The notes: generated by a model not told the origin, from the sequence alone. A DNA stretch of 64,000 bases from Massalongia carnosa (GCA_965645245.1 OZ287072.1:1-64000); one strand, 5' to 3'. Positions 25,177 through 40,008 are shown, counted from the stretch's first letter. Numbers and translations are program-made.

Positions 25177-28100
25177 CCTTATCCCTAGTTGCCCCCTCTA
25201 TCCTGTCCCTACCTACCGTACCGTAGGTTCATTAGAGCTACCGCAGGTTCATTGGACCTAACGTAGGTTCATTGGACCTAACGTAGGTTCATTAGACCTA
25301 ACGCAGGTTCATTAGACCTAACGCAGGTTCATTGGAACGACCGCGGGTTCATTGGACCTACCGCAGGTTTATTAGACCTACAACAGCTTCATTGGTCAGT
25401 GCGCGCTGTTCCAACCTTTCTCGATGCAGTTAGATCGAGTACGGCTCCGCCTCCGATCTTCGAAACCATAATTACCCGGTCCCTATTAGGTGTCTTCGTA
25501 TTAACTTAGGAAAAGGAGATAAATAGGAGTATAAGAGGGACAGTAGATACTAGTCCTTATGGGTTATAATGCTCAGTATGACTGCTAATAGATTGGTAGG
25601 TGCTAAAGCTAAAAGCTGATTCCCTGAAGATGGGAATCGAGCTTTCTATATACCCCTTGGGGTCCTATTTACTAACTACTTGTCTGGTTACCTGTCTGCC
25701 TTGTTGCCTTCAGCTGAGGTCTAGTAGATAGCCTTGCTGCCTTCAGCTGAGGTCTAGCAGATAACCTTGTTGCCTTCAGCTGAGGTCTAGCAGATAGCCT
25801 TGTTGCCTTCAGCTGAGGTCTCCTAGGCGTCCCAGGCCTCCCATGAGATCGAGGCTTATCTGAATAGCTTCAGTTGCTGCCTAACAAACTGGTAAGGCTG
25901 ATTGCTGATGGCTTAGTATTGCTATCCGCCTTATCATGACTAAGCATCCGGATTATCAGTCACCCGGTCTTCTTGAGTGAGTCATCCCAGGAGCTAGCGC
26001 AGTCCTGTATTGCCGCGCTATTACAATTACCTCCCTTCTAGTAATGAGCTCCTGCGAAATTCATCCCAGGTAGTTCGTGCGTTCAGCCCATCATCGCGTG
26101 GTAATTGCAAGCGGTTAATCGTGCCGATGGCTTTAACGTCGATGGCCGCTTGAATGCAGGCTAGCAAGAGTTGGGATTTGTAAGAGCTTGGAAGATATTA
26201 GGATAACATAACTTGATGCTCTGGCTCAGCCTGATTAAAAACCTCCCACCTCCCTTCTAGGGAAGGTGCTAGGAAAAGAGCTACTGGCCTGGATGGAATC
26301 GAGCATGACGTTACTGCAACACATTGCTGAGCTCCTAGCGCAGCCTCATTAAAAACCTCCAACTTTTTTTCGTGGGCAGGTGGTAGGAAAAGAGTGCTGG
26401 CCTTATTTAGTCCTCTTTGTGCGTCGTCCTGTTTCTTTCGCTAATGAGGGAGTCCTAGTGGCCTGAGGGGTGGACTTTGCTGTTGGCTTGGTAGGATTTT
26501 TCTCATGAAATTCCCTCAATAGCTTTCGTAGATGTTTGACGCCGGCGACGGGCTCCCATGTGTCTTCCGCGTTGGGATAACCTTTCCAATGCACTAGATA
26601 ATATAATCCAGCCGGTCGTCCGTCTTCTGCTTCTTTTGCATAGACTGCACTATCTCGTATGCACTCTACTTCATACTCTTGCATGTCATCGTCTTCGAAT
26701 TCAAGCTGTTCAGCCATTTGTTCGTCTACTACCTCCCTTCTGGTGGTGTCTCTTTCCAGCAGAGACACATGAAAGACTGGGTGTATTTTCCAACTTTTCG
26801 GAAGTTCTAGCTCGTAAGCTTGAGTGCCTACAGGCCTCAACACCTTAAAGGGACCCAAGAACTTATGCTCAAGCTTCTTGTTCCTTTTCGTCTTAATATG
26901 TTTGCTGTTTAGCCAAACCATATCATCGGGAGCGTAGCAACGTTCTTTCACCGTTCTATTGTGATATTTGGCTTGATTGTCTTGGGCTAATTGCAGGTTA
27001 TTTTTCAACTCTGCCAACAAATCGCGTAGATTTTTAGCCTGTTCCTCAGCTGTCTTCGACTTCGATCGAGGGTCTTGGTTATCTTCATAACTCATCCTTG
27101 GGTGGTAGCCTATATTAGCCTCGAACGGGGTGAGCTTGGTGCTTGAATGACGGGTGTTATTATATGCAAATTCAGCGGTAGGGAGCCATTGCACCCAGTC
27201 ATCTTGCTCGAAACGGCAGTAAGACCTAAGGTAAGCTTCCATGGTACTATTTTGACGTTCTGTCTGACCGTCTGTTTGTGGATGGAAGGCTGTGCTTAGC
27301 CTACGCTTTATTTTCATGTAATAGCATAGGGATGACCAGAAGTTTGATGTAAATAGCGAGCCCCGATCGGTGACTATGGAGTCAGGTAGGCCGTGATACT
27401 TGAACATGCAGTGCCTTAGCACTTCAGCTAACTGTTCAGCAGTCAGCGTTTTCTTCACTGCCTCATAGTGCACCATCTTGGTGAGCCTATCAACGACGAC
27501 TAGGATGGAGTCATAATCAACTCCCCTCCAGTCCTTACTCTTAGGTAAGCCAGTGACGAAGTCCATCGTAATGTCCTTCCACTTATGAGTTGGTATAGAC
27601 AACGACTGCAAGTTTCCATAAGGCTTATGCCTCGTAGCTTTGCTACTCATGCAGACGTCGCAACCCTCTACATAGCGTGCTATGTCTGACTTCATCGATG
27701 GCCAGTAGTACTTTCTACTCACTAGCTCAATCGTCTTGTCTTTCCCGAAGTGCCCTGCCAGCGGATCATCATGATTTAACTCAAGAATTTCTCCTCGTAA
27801 GGAGGCTAGGATGTAGGCCTTTCCTTCATGGAATAGACAGTGGTCCGAGTCCGACCATGGCTCGCTGGAGGGCGCCACCTCCTGTGTCCCCGACACGTCA
27901 CTGTCTTTCAAGGTAGCTAACCTTTTCCGAACAGTGATAGCGACCTCGTCAACCTGTTGCAACTCAGGAAGACGCTCTAATACTCCCCTAGAAGCGGGTT
28001 GAGTATAAGGTGACTCGCGCTGTGCGAGAGAGTTTCGCAATGAACTCCAGTATGCCTTCACCTTCGGAACAACCAATGTTCCGCATGTTATGATCTTCCA

Positions 28101-31100
28101 TATTTCACCGTGGTGAGACCCCGTCGGGCCAGAAGCATCATCTAACGACTCCCCTGACATTGCCCTCATTAGACAAACGCGTGCGTTCTTATCTGCTAGG
28201 GATGTCTGCAAAAGGTGGAGCGTTTTGCGGTTTTCAACCAGCACTTCGCCATCATCATCGCCAGCGGTAGGAGGTCTTGACAGCCCATCGGCTGGGTTCC
28301 TCTTACCCTGACGATAATCGATGCGGAAATTATACCTGGAAAGCTCTTGAGCCTACCTTACTTGCCTGCCGCTTAGGCGCTTGGTATCCATAAACCTCGT
28401 AAGGTTATTGTGATCAGTCAACACGAGAATTTCGTGAGACGAACCCTCAAGGTAATGTCTCCAAATTTTGAAGGCCTCGACTATCGCTAATAGTTCAGCA
28501 TCATGGGTCTCGTAATTACGCTCAGCCGGTAGCATCTTGCGTGAGTAATAGGCAACAGGGTGCCATTGTCCCTCGTCATCTTGCTGAGCCAATATGCCGC
28601 CAATAGCATAACCTGACGCATCGGTTTCCACGCGTACTGGTTTACTAGCATCGTAATGCCTTAGTACCGGGGCCTCTATGAACGACTTTTTCAGCTTCTC
28701 AAAAGCCTCTAGAGCTTCCTCCGTAAGGAACTCGCTTTCGACACCCTTAGGTGGTTTCTGTCTATGATTAGCGGGCTTTGTTTTCAGCATAGCGGTAAGT
28801 GGCCCTGCTATTTTACTGAACCCACGAATGAATCGTCTATAGAAATTCGCGAAGCCTATGAACACCTGTACATCGCGTACGCATGTGGGCCGTGGCCAAT
28901 TTTGCACTGCTTGGATGCGATCTTTTCGCATATAAACACCCTTAGGATTGATGACATAGCCTAGGAATTCGACTTCGTCGGTGCTGAATCGGCATTTTTG
29001 TAAGTTGCAAAATAAGCCATGCTTGCGGAGTTGTTCTAACACCCATCGCACAGCATCTTCATGGGCCTTACCCTTCTGTTCGGTATAGATCAGTATATCA
29101 TCCAAATAAACGATGCAGAAGACATCCAGTTTTAGTGCCAACGCTTTATTGATATAGGCTTGGAAGGAGGCCGGAGCATTGGATAATCCGAACGGCATGA
29201 CGAAGTATTCGAAATGGCCATATCGGGTGCGAAAGGCTGTCTTCCATTCGTCGCCTTTCTTAATTCTGATGCGATTATAGGCTGCAGTCAAATCCAATTG
29301 GGTGTACTGTTTGGCCCGTCCTAGTCGATCTAAAGACTCGCCTACTAAAGGTAGCGGGTAGCGATTTTTAACTGTCAGATTGTTCAGACCCCTATAATCC
29401 ACGCAGAGCCTCAGGGTACCATTTGCCTTAGGCACGAAGAGAATAGGAGCTCCAGCTGGTGAGGTAGATGGCCGGATAAACCCATTAGCCAGGTGAGCAT
29501 CGAGGTAGGCCCTTAGCACTGTGAGCTCTGTTTCTGATAGGCTATAAATAGGTCCATATGGAGCCTGCTTTCCATCCACGAGGTCGATCGCATGATCATG
29601 TAGCCCGTGCTCTGGTAGCTCGGCTGCACTATCTTCCGAAAAGACATCTGCGAAATCCTTATAAGCCTCAGGGACCTTGATTTCTTGTACCTTTACTGAG
29701 GCTATTCTAGCTCGACGGCTCGAATGGATGTTATCTACACCTAGCGCCTTAGCATGGACCACGTAGGTTGTAAGAACCACTATCCAGGGAAGACGAATAG
29801 TAGTCAGCTACCTAAGAGACTAAGCATGAAGAAGAGAAATCTATCTACAAAGAAGAATGTGAAATCTATATGCCCGTTTGCCCTTCTTCTCGAAGTTTCC
29901 ATCCGGCTCTAGAAGCTTATCTCCGAAGCTTCGGTCGGAAAGAGCCGTTGGATTTAGCGCTCCCACACCCGAGTCCTGACACTACCCCCTCTCTTGGTTA
30001 GCGAGCTCCTGATCGCTGTCATGTGATTAGCTTCGGTCGCGGCTTCTTTGGATATTTCCGATGATATTCTTCCACAGTTTCTTTTGAATTCGCAAAATCT
30101 TCGGCCGGATACCATGTGTTATCCGGTGGGTAATTGCTCCATTTTACCTTGTATTGTAGCTTCTTGTTGAAAGTTCTTGAATCCAAAATATAATCAATTT
30201 CAAATTCTTCCTCGTTGTCAATAATTACCGGTGGTGGAGGCGGGGGTATTTGTCCGGGCAATGGGTCTTTACTTGCTGGTCGGAGTAATGATGAATGGAA
30301 AACATCGTGTATTTTCATCGATGCTGGAAGATCTAACTTATAGCTATTCCCCAAAGCTTTTAATATCTTGTACGGTCCGATCATCTTATGATCTAGCTTT
30401 TTCGAAGGCCTTTCCGTTTTGATATTTTTGGTTGATAGCCAAACTTCATCTCCTTCTTTATAGGTTGGTGCCTCCTCCCGATGATTGTCCGCGAATCTCT
30501 TCTGACTTTCTTGGCTTCGTACTAGGTTTTCTTTTCCGAATTCCCAGATTTTCTCCATTGCTTGGCCGATATTTTTTGCTCGAGTTTTCAATATTCTTTC
30601 TCTGGCCGATCCGGTAGATGCGTCAATCGGATAGAAGCTCATCCTCGGTTCAAACCCATAGTTGACCTGAAATGGAGATAATCCACTTGAAGCTGAGACA
30701 CAGGCATTTGATGCGAACTCGGCCATCGATAGCCACTCTGTCCAGTCATCTTGCTGATAATTGACATAGGTTCTCAGATATCGCTCCATTTCTTGATTGG
30801 ATATTTCGCTTTGACCGTCGGTCTCGGGATGGAATGCGGTTGATAACTTGGCTTTTATTCCCAGCATTACGCATAGCGATTTCCATACTAGCGATACGAA
30901 TTGAGGTCCCCTATCTGAGATTATCGTGGTCGGTAGGCCATGCAATTTCCATACATGTTTTATTAGCATTCGGGCCGTCTCTTCGGCAGTTGTCCCTTCT
31001 TCGTCCGTGGTGCATGGAATGTAATGATGCATCTTGGAAAATCGGTCTACTACCATTAATATTGCATTATGACCTTTGCTTTCAGGTAGGCCAGTTACGA

Positions 31101-34100
31101 AATCCATTGATATATCTGTCCAGGGCCGGTCTGGTATAGGTAGCGGATTTAATAGTCCGGAATAACCGTCCCTTGGAGCTTTTGCTCTTTTGCATGTATG
31201 ACAATTTCGAATGTATTGTTCTATGGTCCCTTTCATCTTTGGCCAAAAAAAGAATTTCTTCATCATCTCGTAGGTCCGCTTTATTCCCGGATGGCCAACG
31301 GCTGGTTGATCGTGAACTTCCTGTATCAGCTTCATTCTCTTTTCTTCGGGGACAAATAGTTTGGCATTATTCTCGAGCGGATCTTTCGACTTTTCCGCGT
31401 TGATCTCGTTCATTTCAAACCCCATTTCCTTTTGGATTTGAGGGTCTAGGCTTTCGAGAGGTAAGATTATCTAATGTTGATGCCTTTGCCTGTCATCTTC
31501 CTCTGATTCGGGCCTGTCTCCTGGTCTTCTAGTTAGTGCATCTGCATTTGTATGGAATTTTCCAGCTTGGTATGTGATGACAAAATTGAAATCGGCCAGA
31601 AATTCAGCCCATCTGGCCTGTCGCCTATTTAGCTTTTTGGTTGTCATGAAATATTCCAAGCTTTTGTGGTCGGTCAACACTTTGATTGGGAGCTCGGTGG
31701 ATTGCAGCTCAGGCCTCCATTGTTCGAAACATTTGATTATTGCAAGCAATTCTTTATCGTATATTTCATAATTGCATTCGGCTGGCAACAGGCTCTTTGA
31801 AAAGAAGGCTACTGGTCTGATAAGTCCATCTTCACCTCTTTGCGATAATACTCCGGCTGACACATAATCAGATGAATCCGATTCCACGAACGTTTCTCGG
31901 CTTGGGCTGAAATGCGCGAGGACCGGGGCCTCGGTCACCCGTCTTTTCAATTCGGAAAAAGCTGCTTGGCAGGCTGGGGTCCAATTGAATGGTTCGTCTT
32001 TTCGAGTTAGATGTACGAGGGGTTTGGCTATTTTGGAGAAGTCTTTGATAAAACGTCTATAAAAGTTGATAAATCCTAGAAAGGCCTGCACCTGTTTAAG
32101 ATGCCTAGGGATGGCCCATTCGACGACTGCCTCAATTTTGGTAGGGTCCATCTTGATCCCATTCCGCCCGACTACCACTCCTAGGAACTTTGTTTCGGTC
32201 ACATGGAATTCGCATTTATCCACATCAGCCTGAATACCAGCTTCTCGAAGCTTTTGTAGAACTTTTCGAACATGTTTTCGGTGGTCAGTCATGGTTTCAC
32301 TATAAACCAAGAGATCGTCCAGATAGGCTATTAGGAATTCGTCTAGATATTCTAAGAAGGTATCGTTGATGAAGTTCTGAAACGTAGCAGGGCCGTTGGT
32401 CAGTCCGAAGGGTAATACTAGAGATTTATATGACCCAAATCGCGTGCGGAAGGTTGTGAGATCTTCGTCCTTTTCGGTTTTCATCCTAAGTCGGTTAAAG
32501 GCATGTCGAATATCTATTCTTGTCAAAAATCTAGCCCTGGCCAATCGAGACATTATCTCAGATATCAGAGGTAGGGGATATCGATTTTTTTTGGTGATTT
32601 CGTTTAGCTTTCGATAATCGACGCAGAACCGAAGTCCACCACTCGGTTTCTTGGCGAATAGTATCGGCGAGGCAAAAGGGGCCGAGCTGGCTGTAATAAA
32701 TCCTTTCTTCAGATTTTCTTCCAAATATCTCTTGACCAGTAGGAGTTCTCCCTCTGACATATTATATAGCGGGGCATGCCCGGGTCCTTTACCTTCTAGC
32801 AATTCGATGGTATGGTCATGCTTTCTATGAGGGGGCAGTTCATCAGCTTTTTCCTTAGAGAAAACATCAAGAAAATCGTGATACTCGGGGGGGACTATGG
32901 TCTTAGGATCGGTGATTGGCTTTTCTCCCTTGGCTAGTTCAAAGTTGATATCTCTCAGCGAGACTGCAAATATCTCGACATCCTTTTGTTTCGTTAATAC
33001 ATTAAATGGGTCTGCACCTATCATCGCTATATCCAGGGCTTCTTCGCTCTCGGCGTCTTTTCTCCAAGACTTTTGCTTCAAGATATCTTCCTTTCTTGAT
33101 CTTCGAACTGAAATCGGGTTCGAGTTGCTATGATTCTTTTCATCGGGTTCGTCTCTTTTCAATATCTTCTTTGGTTGGAATATAGGCGTGGTGTCCTTTG
33201 TTGAGCCCGGTTCTTCTCTCCTGATTGGCGACGATGGGAAAGGCCTTTCAGGGGCACCTAGATGATTGCAATGATCGGGACGAAAAGAAATCGAATTCGT
33301 ATGCCCATGATAGCTAACACCATGTTTTCGCATCCAAGGCTTGCCAAGAATAATCGTTTGTTGGCCCAGCTCGGTGATCAACATTGGTGTTGAGCTCTCG
33401 GTATGATTTCCAATTTTCAGAGATGGATAAATGGCCTGGGTAATAGGCTTGCCTTTTCTTCCATCATATGCCTTTATCTCTTTCCGTCTATTTAACGTCA
33501 CCGGTGAGATATTAGCCTTTTCACATATTTCCTGCGCAGTTAGTCTATCAACAAAACAATAACCAGTAGATCCAGTATCAATCATCGCTCTCGTATTAAA
33601 TTTATTTCCTACGATACAATCTTCCATTACTGGATGGTTATCGAATAAATCATCCTCCATAAAGAAAGATGTGATAACCAACTCATCTACCCCCGCCGCG
33701 TCTATGACGGAGGTGCGTCTTTTCCCGAATCTTCTGCTTCTGCGCTCATCTCGCTAACCCGTCCCTTTCTAGGCTGAGGGCAGTCTTTGGCCATATGCCC
33801 GGTCAGATCGCAGTTAAAACATCTTCCTTCCTTCATTCTTTTCTCCATGATTGGATCTGTCATGAAATGCCTCCGACCTCACCACGTGCCTCTATCACGT
33901 GCCTTGATCTGATGACTACTCACGGACGTCGTGCCATGCCTTCGGGACCCTCATATCATTCTTCGAATTCGCCGATTACTGATCATTAATCAGCCTCGCA
34001 TTGATGATTTATTCCCGTCTTTCGACTATTATCATGTCTAATAGCTTCGCATTGATGTTTGACATCTCCCGTCTCCTCGCTGACCCCATCGTGCTTATTG

Positions 34101-34420
34101 CCGCTATAATGCCCCTCATTCATCATCGCACTGACTAGACATCATTCGCCGCCACCCTAGAAAGATGAATATGGGAGGACAAAGATATAAGAAAGAAGCC
34201 GAATCATGGAAGTTCTGATTCTTTGTCGAACGTCTTGGATAGCCAACCTAGCCTAGCCTAGATTCATAGCTATAGACTCAATCAATAAGCTTGACCATCA
34301 ACCCACCTTGCCTTTGCCCTTGCCCTCGACCTGATTTCGTGACATTACGTTCGACCAACATTCAAAAGTGCCTTCCATAGCATTTTCCCTCATCTCCCTT
34401 TATCTCATTCCCCCTCAATC

Positions 34421-35563
34421 ATGTCTTCAGCAGAAGAGAACCTCTCCGAGCTGGATAAGCGTATTCGATTCATTCAGGAACGTCTTCAGGCAGACCCTCA
34501 GCAATTCCTGAGTCAAATGGACAACCTAGAAGCCGAAGTAAACCAACTTCGCAACAATGCCAATACCCCTTCTATTTCCGAGCCCATACCTATCTCAAAT
34601 CCACCCCCCCCTACCTTGGATCCGCAAATCATGGCCATGATGCAGCTGCTCCTGGCGTCAAAAAACTCCCTCATCCGCTCCGAAAAGCTCCCGGACATCA
34701 CGGAGTATGAGGGCGAAGAAGTCAAGCTGGATGCGTGGGAGCAGTCCCTGATTCAAAGAATGCATGTCAACAATGATCGATACCCGTTCGATCAAGCCAA
34801 AATTGCCTATGCCGAAAGCCGACTCACCATAGGCAAAAAGGCTCATAACCTAATGAATGCGTACAGGGTCGATGGCCTTTGCGTACTCACCTCATTTGCT
34901 GAATGGCGATCAGCCCTCCGCCGCGCATGCGGAAATCCCTACGAGCAGGAGGATGCTCGCAAATACCTTCGCGATATCCTCAAACAGGGAAGTAGTAGCT
35001 TCGAGGAGTACTACAACCTTTTTGCGCAGAAAAAAGACCGGTCCAAGATGGAAGATGCCAGCCTGATCGATGCCATGAAGGCAAATGTGAATTATTCAAC
35101 CCAGACCGCAGCCCTAATGTATAGGGTCCCCGGAACCCAAAGGCAACCAACCACCTTCGACGAGCACGTCACCATGTGGTTGGAGACAGATCGTGGCCTT
35201 CGGCAGATCCGCCACATTGCCCCAAAGGCGAACACCACCACTATCACCCCGACACCGAAAAAGCCAAACCCGTTATCAGCACTTCCCCCGACAGTCGCTC
35301 CCGCTGCCAAAGCACCTGTCGCTTCTCCCGCCTCCCCTGCGCTGCTCATTGGCGACCCCATGGACCTAAGCTCTGCCATGGCAGCGGTGAAAGGCCAATC
35401 GCTCAAAACCGAGGGGGTCCGCAAAATCTGCGAAGACTGGAAGTTGTGTTTCTACTGCAAATTGCAGCATCCAGGGAAGTCAGCAACTGACTGTCCCAAC
35501 AAGCGAACCAACCTTCGGAGCATGGAGCTCGAAGCCCCTGATATTGAGCAGGGAAAAGCCTAG
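34421..35563 (+). CDS. gag: Gag of element G
   Basis: 380-aa ORF with CFYCKLQHPGKSATDC knuckle; collinear with gag of D. Confidence 0.9.
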   Translation: MSSAEENLSELDKRIRFIQERLQADPQQFLSQMDNLEAEVNQLRNNANTPSISEPIPISNPPPPTLDPQIMAMMQLLLASKNSLIRSEKLPDITEYEGEEVKLDAWEQSLIQRMHVNNDRYPFDQAKIAYAESRLTIGKKAHNLMNAYRVDGLCVLTSFAEWRSALRRACGNPYEQEDARKYLRDILKQGSSSFEEYYNLFAQKKDRSKMEDASLIDAMKANVNYSTQTAALMYRVPGTQRQPTTFDEHVTMWLETDRGLRQIRHIAPKANTTTITPTPKKPNPLSALPPTVAPAAKAPVASPASPALLIGDPMDLSSAMAAVKGQSLKTEGVRKICEDWKLCFYCKLQHPGKSATDCPNKRTNLRSMELEAPDIEQGKA

Positions 35564-38500
35564 TCTCTGCACATCGTCGCGTGCAGGGACTCCCCCCCCT
35601 TCTCATTTCCTCATGTTTGATGGCCAGTTTTTCCCCCTCTTTGAGATCCAATACGCGATTTTCCGCAGCCTCCGCTTTGGAGCTGTTTGAATCAGATAAG
35701 ACGTTCAGAGACAGTCACATGGTGATGACAGGTATCTTGCGATTATCTAGATCTAGGATTAGAACGTATAATCTAATTGATTGTGGTGCATCTGGCTTTT
35801 CATTCATCGATGAGAAATTTGCGCATACTAACCAAATTCCCCTTCATCTTCTCAAATATCCCCGCCGGCTCGAAGGATTCGACGGCCAAAGGGCTCTATC
35901 CGGCAATATCACTCATGTGGCCGAAATCACCATGGATCTAGAAGGTCATGTAGAAAAACTCTTTCTATATGTCACCGGGTTAAAAAATTATCCCATTATC
36001 TTGGGCCATCCATGGCTCCGCCGGCATAACGCCATAGCCGATTTTGGGCATAATACGCTCACCTTTGCCTCCCCCTACTGCCTCACTCACTGTTGCCCCC
36101 ACCCCGTCAAGCTTCAAGCCGTTGAGGAAGAATTCCTCACCCCAGCCGAGAGTCGAAAAATCTGGGATGAAGAGATCCTCGAAGACGCCCTAGGAAAAGT
36201 TATCAATCAAGACACGTCTATCAGAACGTCGATAACTTCTCTAGAAGAGGGGGAAGAAATTCCCACAATCAAAAATTCTATTCCTGACAATCCCGTCAAA
36301 ATCGAGGAATCCATCCCTTTGTTCAAAACCGCGCAGCGCGATTTCACCTTAATCAAACCCGAAATTAATGAACCCGAACCCCAGCCTCAAAACCCCACCG
36401 ATGAACCCAGTCGCATTGAAAATGCAATCCAGCAAGGGCTTCCCCCCCCGAAAATCCGATACCGAAGCCCGTCCAAATTGCGGACATCCACCCAAAGACG
36501 TGCTCATCAAGCAGCACGCAAAACCACCCCGCAGATGAATGTCTGCGAAATCGGAGCTATCTCCTTCAATCGACTGACTCGGAAGAAAAACCACGATAGT
36601 TTCGCCCTGTCCATGAAAGAAATTGACCTCTTTCTAGGAAAAACCAACCCCGAACCTCTAGTAATGAAAGCCTCACCTAGTTCAGCCCCCGATTTGATCG
36701 AAAAAGCCAAAAAACCCAGCCCAGCCTACCAACCATTGCCATCTGGAGCAAGCCCGCACGAGAAAGAAATCCACCTAGCCTTATTTAAGATGAATAAGGC
36801 CCTAACCCTAGCCACCGCCGTGACTCGTGAAGAGTTAGACGCTTACCGAGAAAGTAAGAACGTCGACCCAGCCCCCCTTCTGCCAAAGCAATACCACGAA
36901 TTCCTAGATGTCTTCTCGAAGAAGAAATCCGAAGACTTGCCCCCCCGCCGTCCCTACGATCATGCCATAAACCTGAAAGAAGGTACGCAGGCCCCTAGTC
37001 AGGCCCTGTATGGTATGAGTCGTACCGAAATCGAGGAGCTCCGCCGCTACCTCGACGAAAATCTAGCCAAGGGATTTATTCGGGCTAGTCGCTCCCACGC
37101 CGCCTCCCCGGTGATGTTCGTGAAAAAGCCAGGTGGGGGACTTCGATTTTGCGTGGATTATCGTGCTCTGAATGCCATCACGATTAAGGATCGCTATCCG
37201 CTGCCCTTGATCGCCGAGACCCTGCACCAATTAATCAAAGCCAAGATATTCACCAAGATAGACATCATCGCCGCCTTCAATATGCTCCGCATACGAGAAG
37301 GAGACGAAGAACTCACCGCTTTTCGCACTCGTTTCGGCCTTTTCGAGTCCTTGGTCCTACCCTTCGGCCTATGCAACGGGCCCGCCTCATTTCAGCACTT
37401 CATCAACGATACGCTTCACGAGTATCTTGCTGACTTTTGCACTGCGTACCTAGATGATATCCTCATCTACAGTGACAATGAGCTGGAGCACGAGGTCCAC
37501 GTCAAAAAAATCCTGTCTCGACTCCGAGATGCAGGCCTGCAAGCCGACATCACCAAGTGCAAGTTCCATGTCACCGAAATTGCATACCTAGGGATGATCG
37601 TGACCACCGAAGGGATAAAAATGGACCCGGCCAAGGTGGAAACCGTCGTCAATTGGCCAAACCTCGTCAATGTGAAAGATGTGCAAAGCTTTCTGGGTTT
37701 TGCTAACTTTTATAGACGATTCGTGTATGGGTTTAGCGACATAGCTGGCCCCCTAACCAACCTGACCAAGAAGGAGACGGAATTCCTGTGGACTGACAAA
37801 TGCCAATTGGCATTCGAAATGCTGAAAAAAGCTTTCACCTCCGATGTCATTCTCAGGCATTTCGACCCCGATCGTCCCATCATCGTCGAAACCGATGCCT
37901 CCGACTATGTTTCGGGGGGCATTCTTTCTCAATACGACGATGATGGGATACTTCACCCCGTCGCCTACTTCTCAAAGAAGCACAATCCCGCCGAGTGCAA
38001 CTACGAGATCTATGACAAAGAACTGATGGCAATCGTTCGATGTTTTGAAGAATGGCGACCCGAACTAGAAGGATCTGCCTTCCCCATCAGCGTCATATCC
38101 GACCACAAAAACCTGGAGTATTTTGCCTCCACCAAGCAGCTCAGCCGTCGCCAAGCTAGATGGAACGAATTTCTCTCTCGATTTGACTTCAAGATAGTCT
38201 ATCGACCAGGAAAAGCCGGAGGAAAACCGGACGCTCTAACTCGTCGATCGGGAGATCTTCCTAAAGAAGGGGATGATACGGACGAGCGAAGGAAATTTCA
38301 ACACCAAACCATTTTGAAAACCGAAAACCTGGATGAGGAAGTCGCAAAAAGTTATTTGCGATCCATTCTTCTGGCACCAGCTTTCCTAGATGATGCAGAT
38401 ATCGAAGAAGCAGAACCTCAGCTAGATGAGGACCTCATCGATCCCGATGAGGATATCTCCACGGAGCTCCTCTGGGAACAAGCCCTGACACGAGACCAAT

Positions 38501-40008
38501 TCGCCCCCGAAGTCCTGGAAGCCCTTCGTAATAACGAGAGGCATCACAATCGAATCCAATTAGCCGAATGCGAAGATAGGGACGGTATCTTGTATTTTCG
38601 AAACAAGAAATACGTACCTCGATCCGATCGTCTGAGGCTTCGTATCATTCAACTCGCTCACGATAGCGTCGCCGGCGGACATCCGGGCCGTTCCAAATGC
38701 CATGAGTTGGTAAATCGATCCTACTGGTGGCCCAGCATGCATCAGTCCATCAAGCGATTTATCCGAAACTGCCACACTTGCAGAAGATCAAAACCATCCC
38801 GCCAGCGCTATCAGGGCTGGCTACGCCCACTCCCCCCCCCCGAGCGCAGATGGCGGGATATTTCCATGGATTATGTAGGCCCCCTGACCCCCAGCACCTT
38901 CATGGGAATCACTTATCGCTACATCTTGGTGGTTATAGATCGCCTGTCCAAGATGCGACATTTCATTCCTATCACGTCCATGGAAGTTGAAGACGCCGCC
39001 GATGCGTTCTATCAGAATGTCTGGAAACTACATGGGCTTCCCGAAGCCATGGTTTCTGATCGTGGCCCCCAATTCGTCTCCGATTTCTGGCAGCTCATGT
39101 GCAAGAGGCTGAAAATCGACGCCAAGCTATCCACCGGATACCACCCGGAGACCGACGGGCAGACCGAGCGAGCCAACGCCACCATGGAGCACTACCTAAG
39201 GGCTTATGTCAACTACATGCAGGATGACTGGGCACAATGGCTTCCTGGCGCCGAATTCGCCAGCAATAACACCGATTCATCTAGTATCCTGGCCTCCCCC
39301 TTCCTAGCCAACTTCGGGCAACATCCCCGCATGGGATTTGAACCGGAGGAACCCCTGCCGCAAGACCTAACCGCTCAGGGCAGAGCAAACCTAGTTGCAG
39401 CCAATCAGTTCGTGAATAAGATGCAGGATATCGACACTCATCTTCGAGACGAAATGCTGATGGCCCAAGCTTCGTACGAAGCAACTGCAAATGCTAACCG
39501 ACGTCCCTGACCCCGCTATTTCGTTGGCGATATGGTGTGGCTAAGCACCAGAAATATCCAAACCGCTCGCCCCACAGTCAAGCTGGATGACCGAAATATC
39601 GGCCCCTACCGCGTCAGCAAGGTGTTTTCCAACCCCTTGATCGTACAGCTGGAGCTTCCCGATACCGTCAAAATCCATCCCGTCTTTCACGTCAATCTGT
39701 TGCAGCATGATGCCAATGACCCCATCCCCGGGCAGAGACCGGAGCCTAGAGACCCCGTCATCGCCGAAGATGGCCAACGAGAATGGTATGTCAATAGGGT
39801 ATTGAATTCCAAGCTCGACCGACGTTTTCAACCCCCGCTTCTGAAATACCTAGTGGATTGGGAAGGGCATCCTTCCACCTGGGAGCCTTTCAACTATCTC
39901 ATCAATTGTCAGCAAGTCATAGACGAATACCACCAAGCCTATCCCAATGCGGCCGGCCCTCATCTAAACCCCTGTCAAATTCCCCGTTGCCAATGCCACG
40001 AGGCATAG
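35564..40008 (+). CDS. pol: Pol of element G (PR-RT-RH-IN-chromo), -1 frame to gag, one premature TGA at 39508
   Basis: LIDCGA, YLDD, ETDASD, HPETDGQTER, GPY motif, WYVNRVL chromodomain. Confidence 0.92.
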
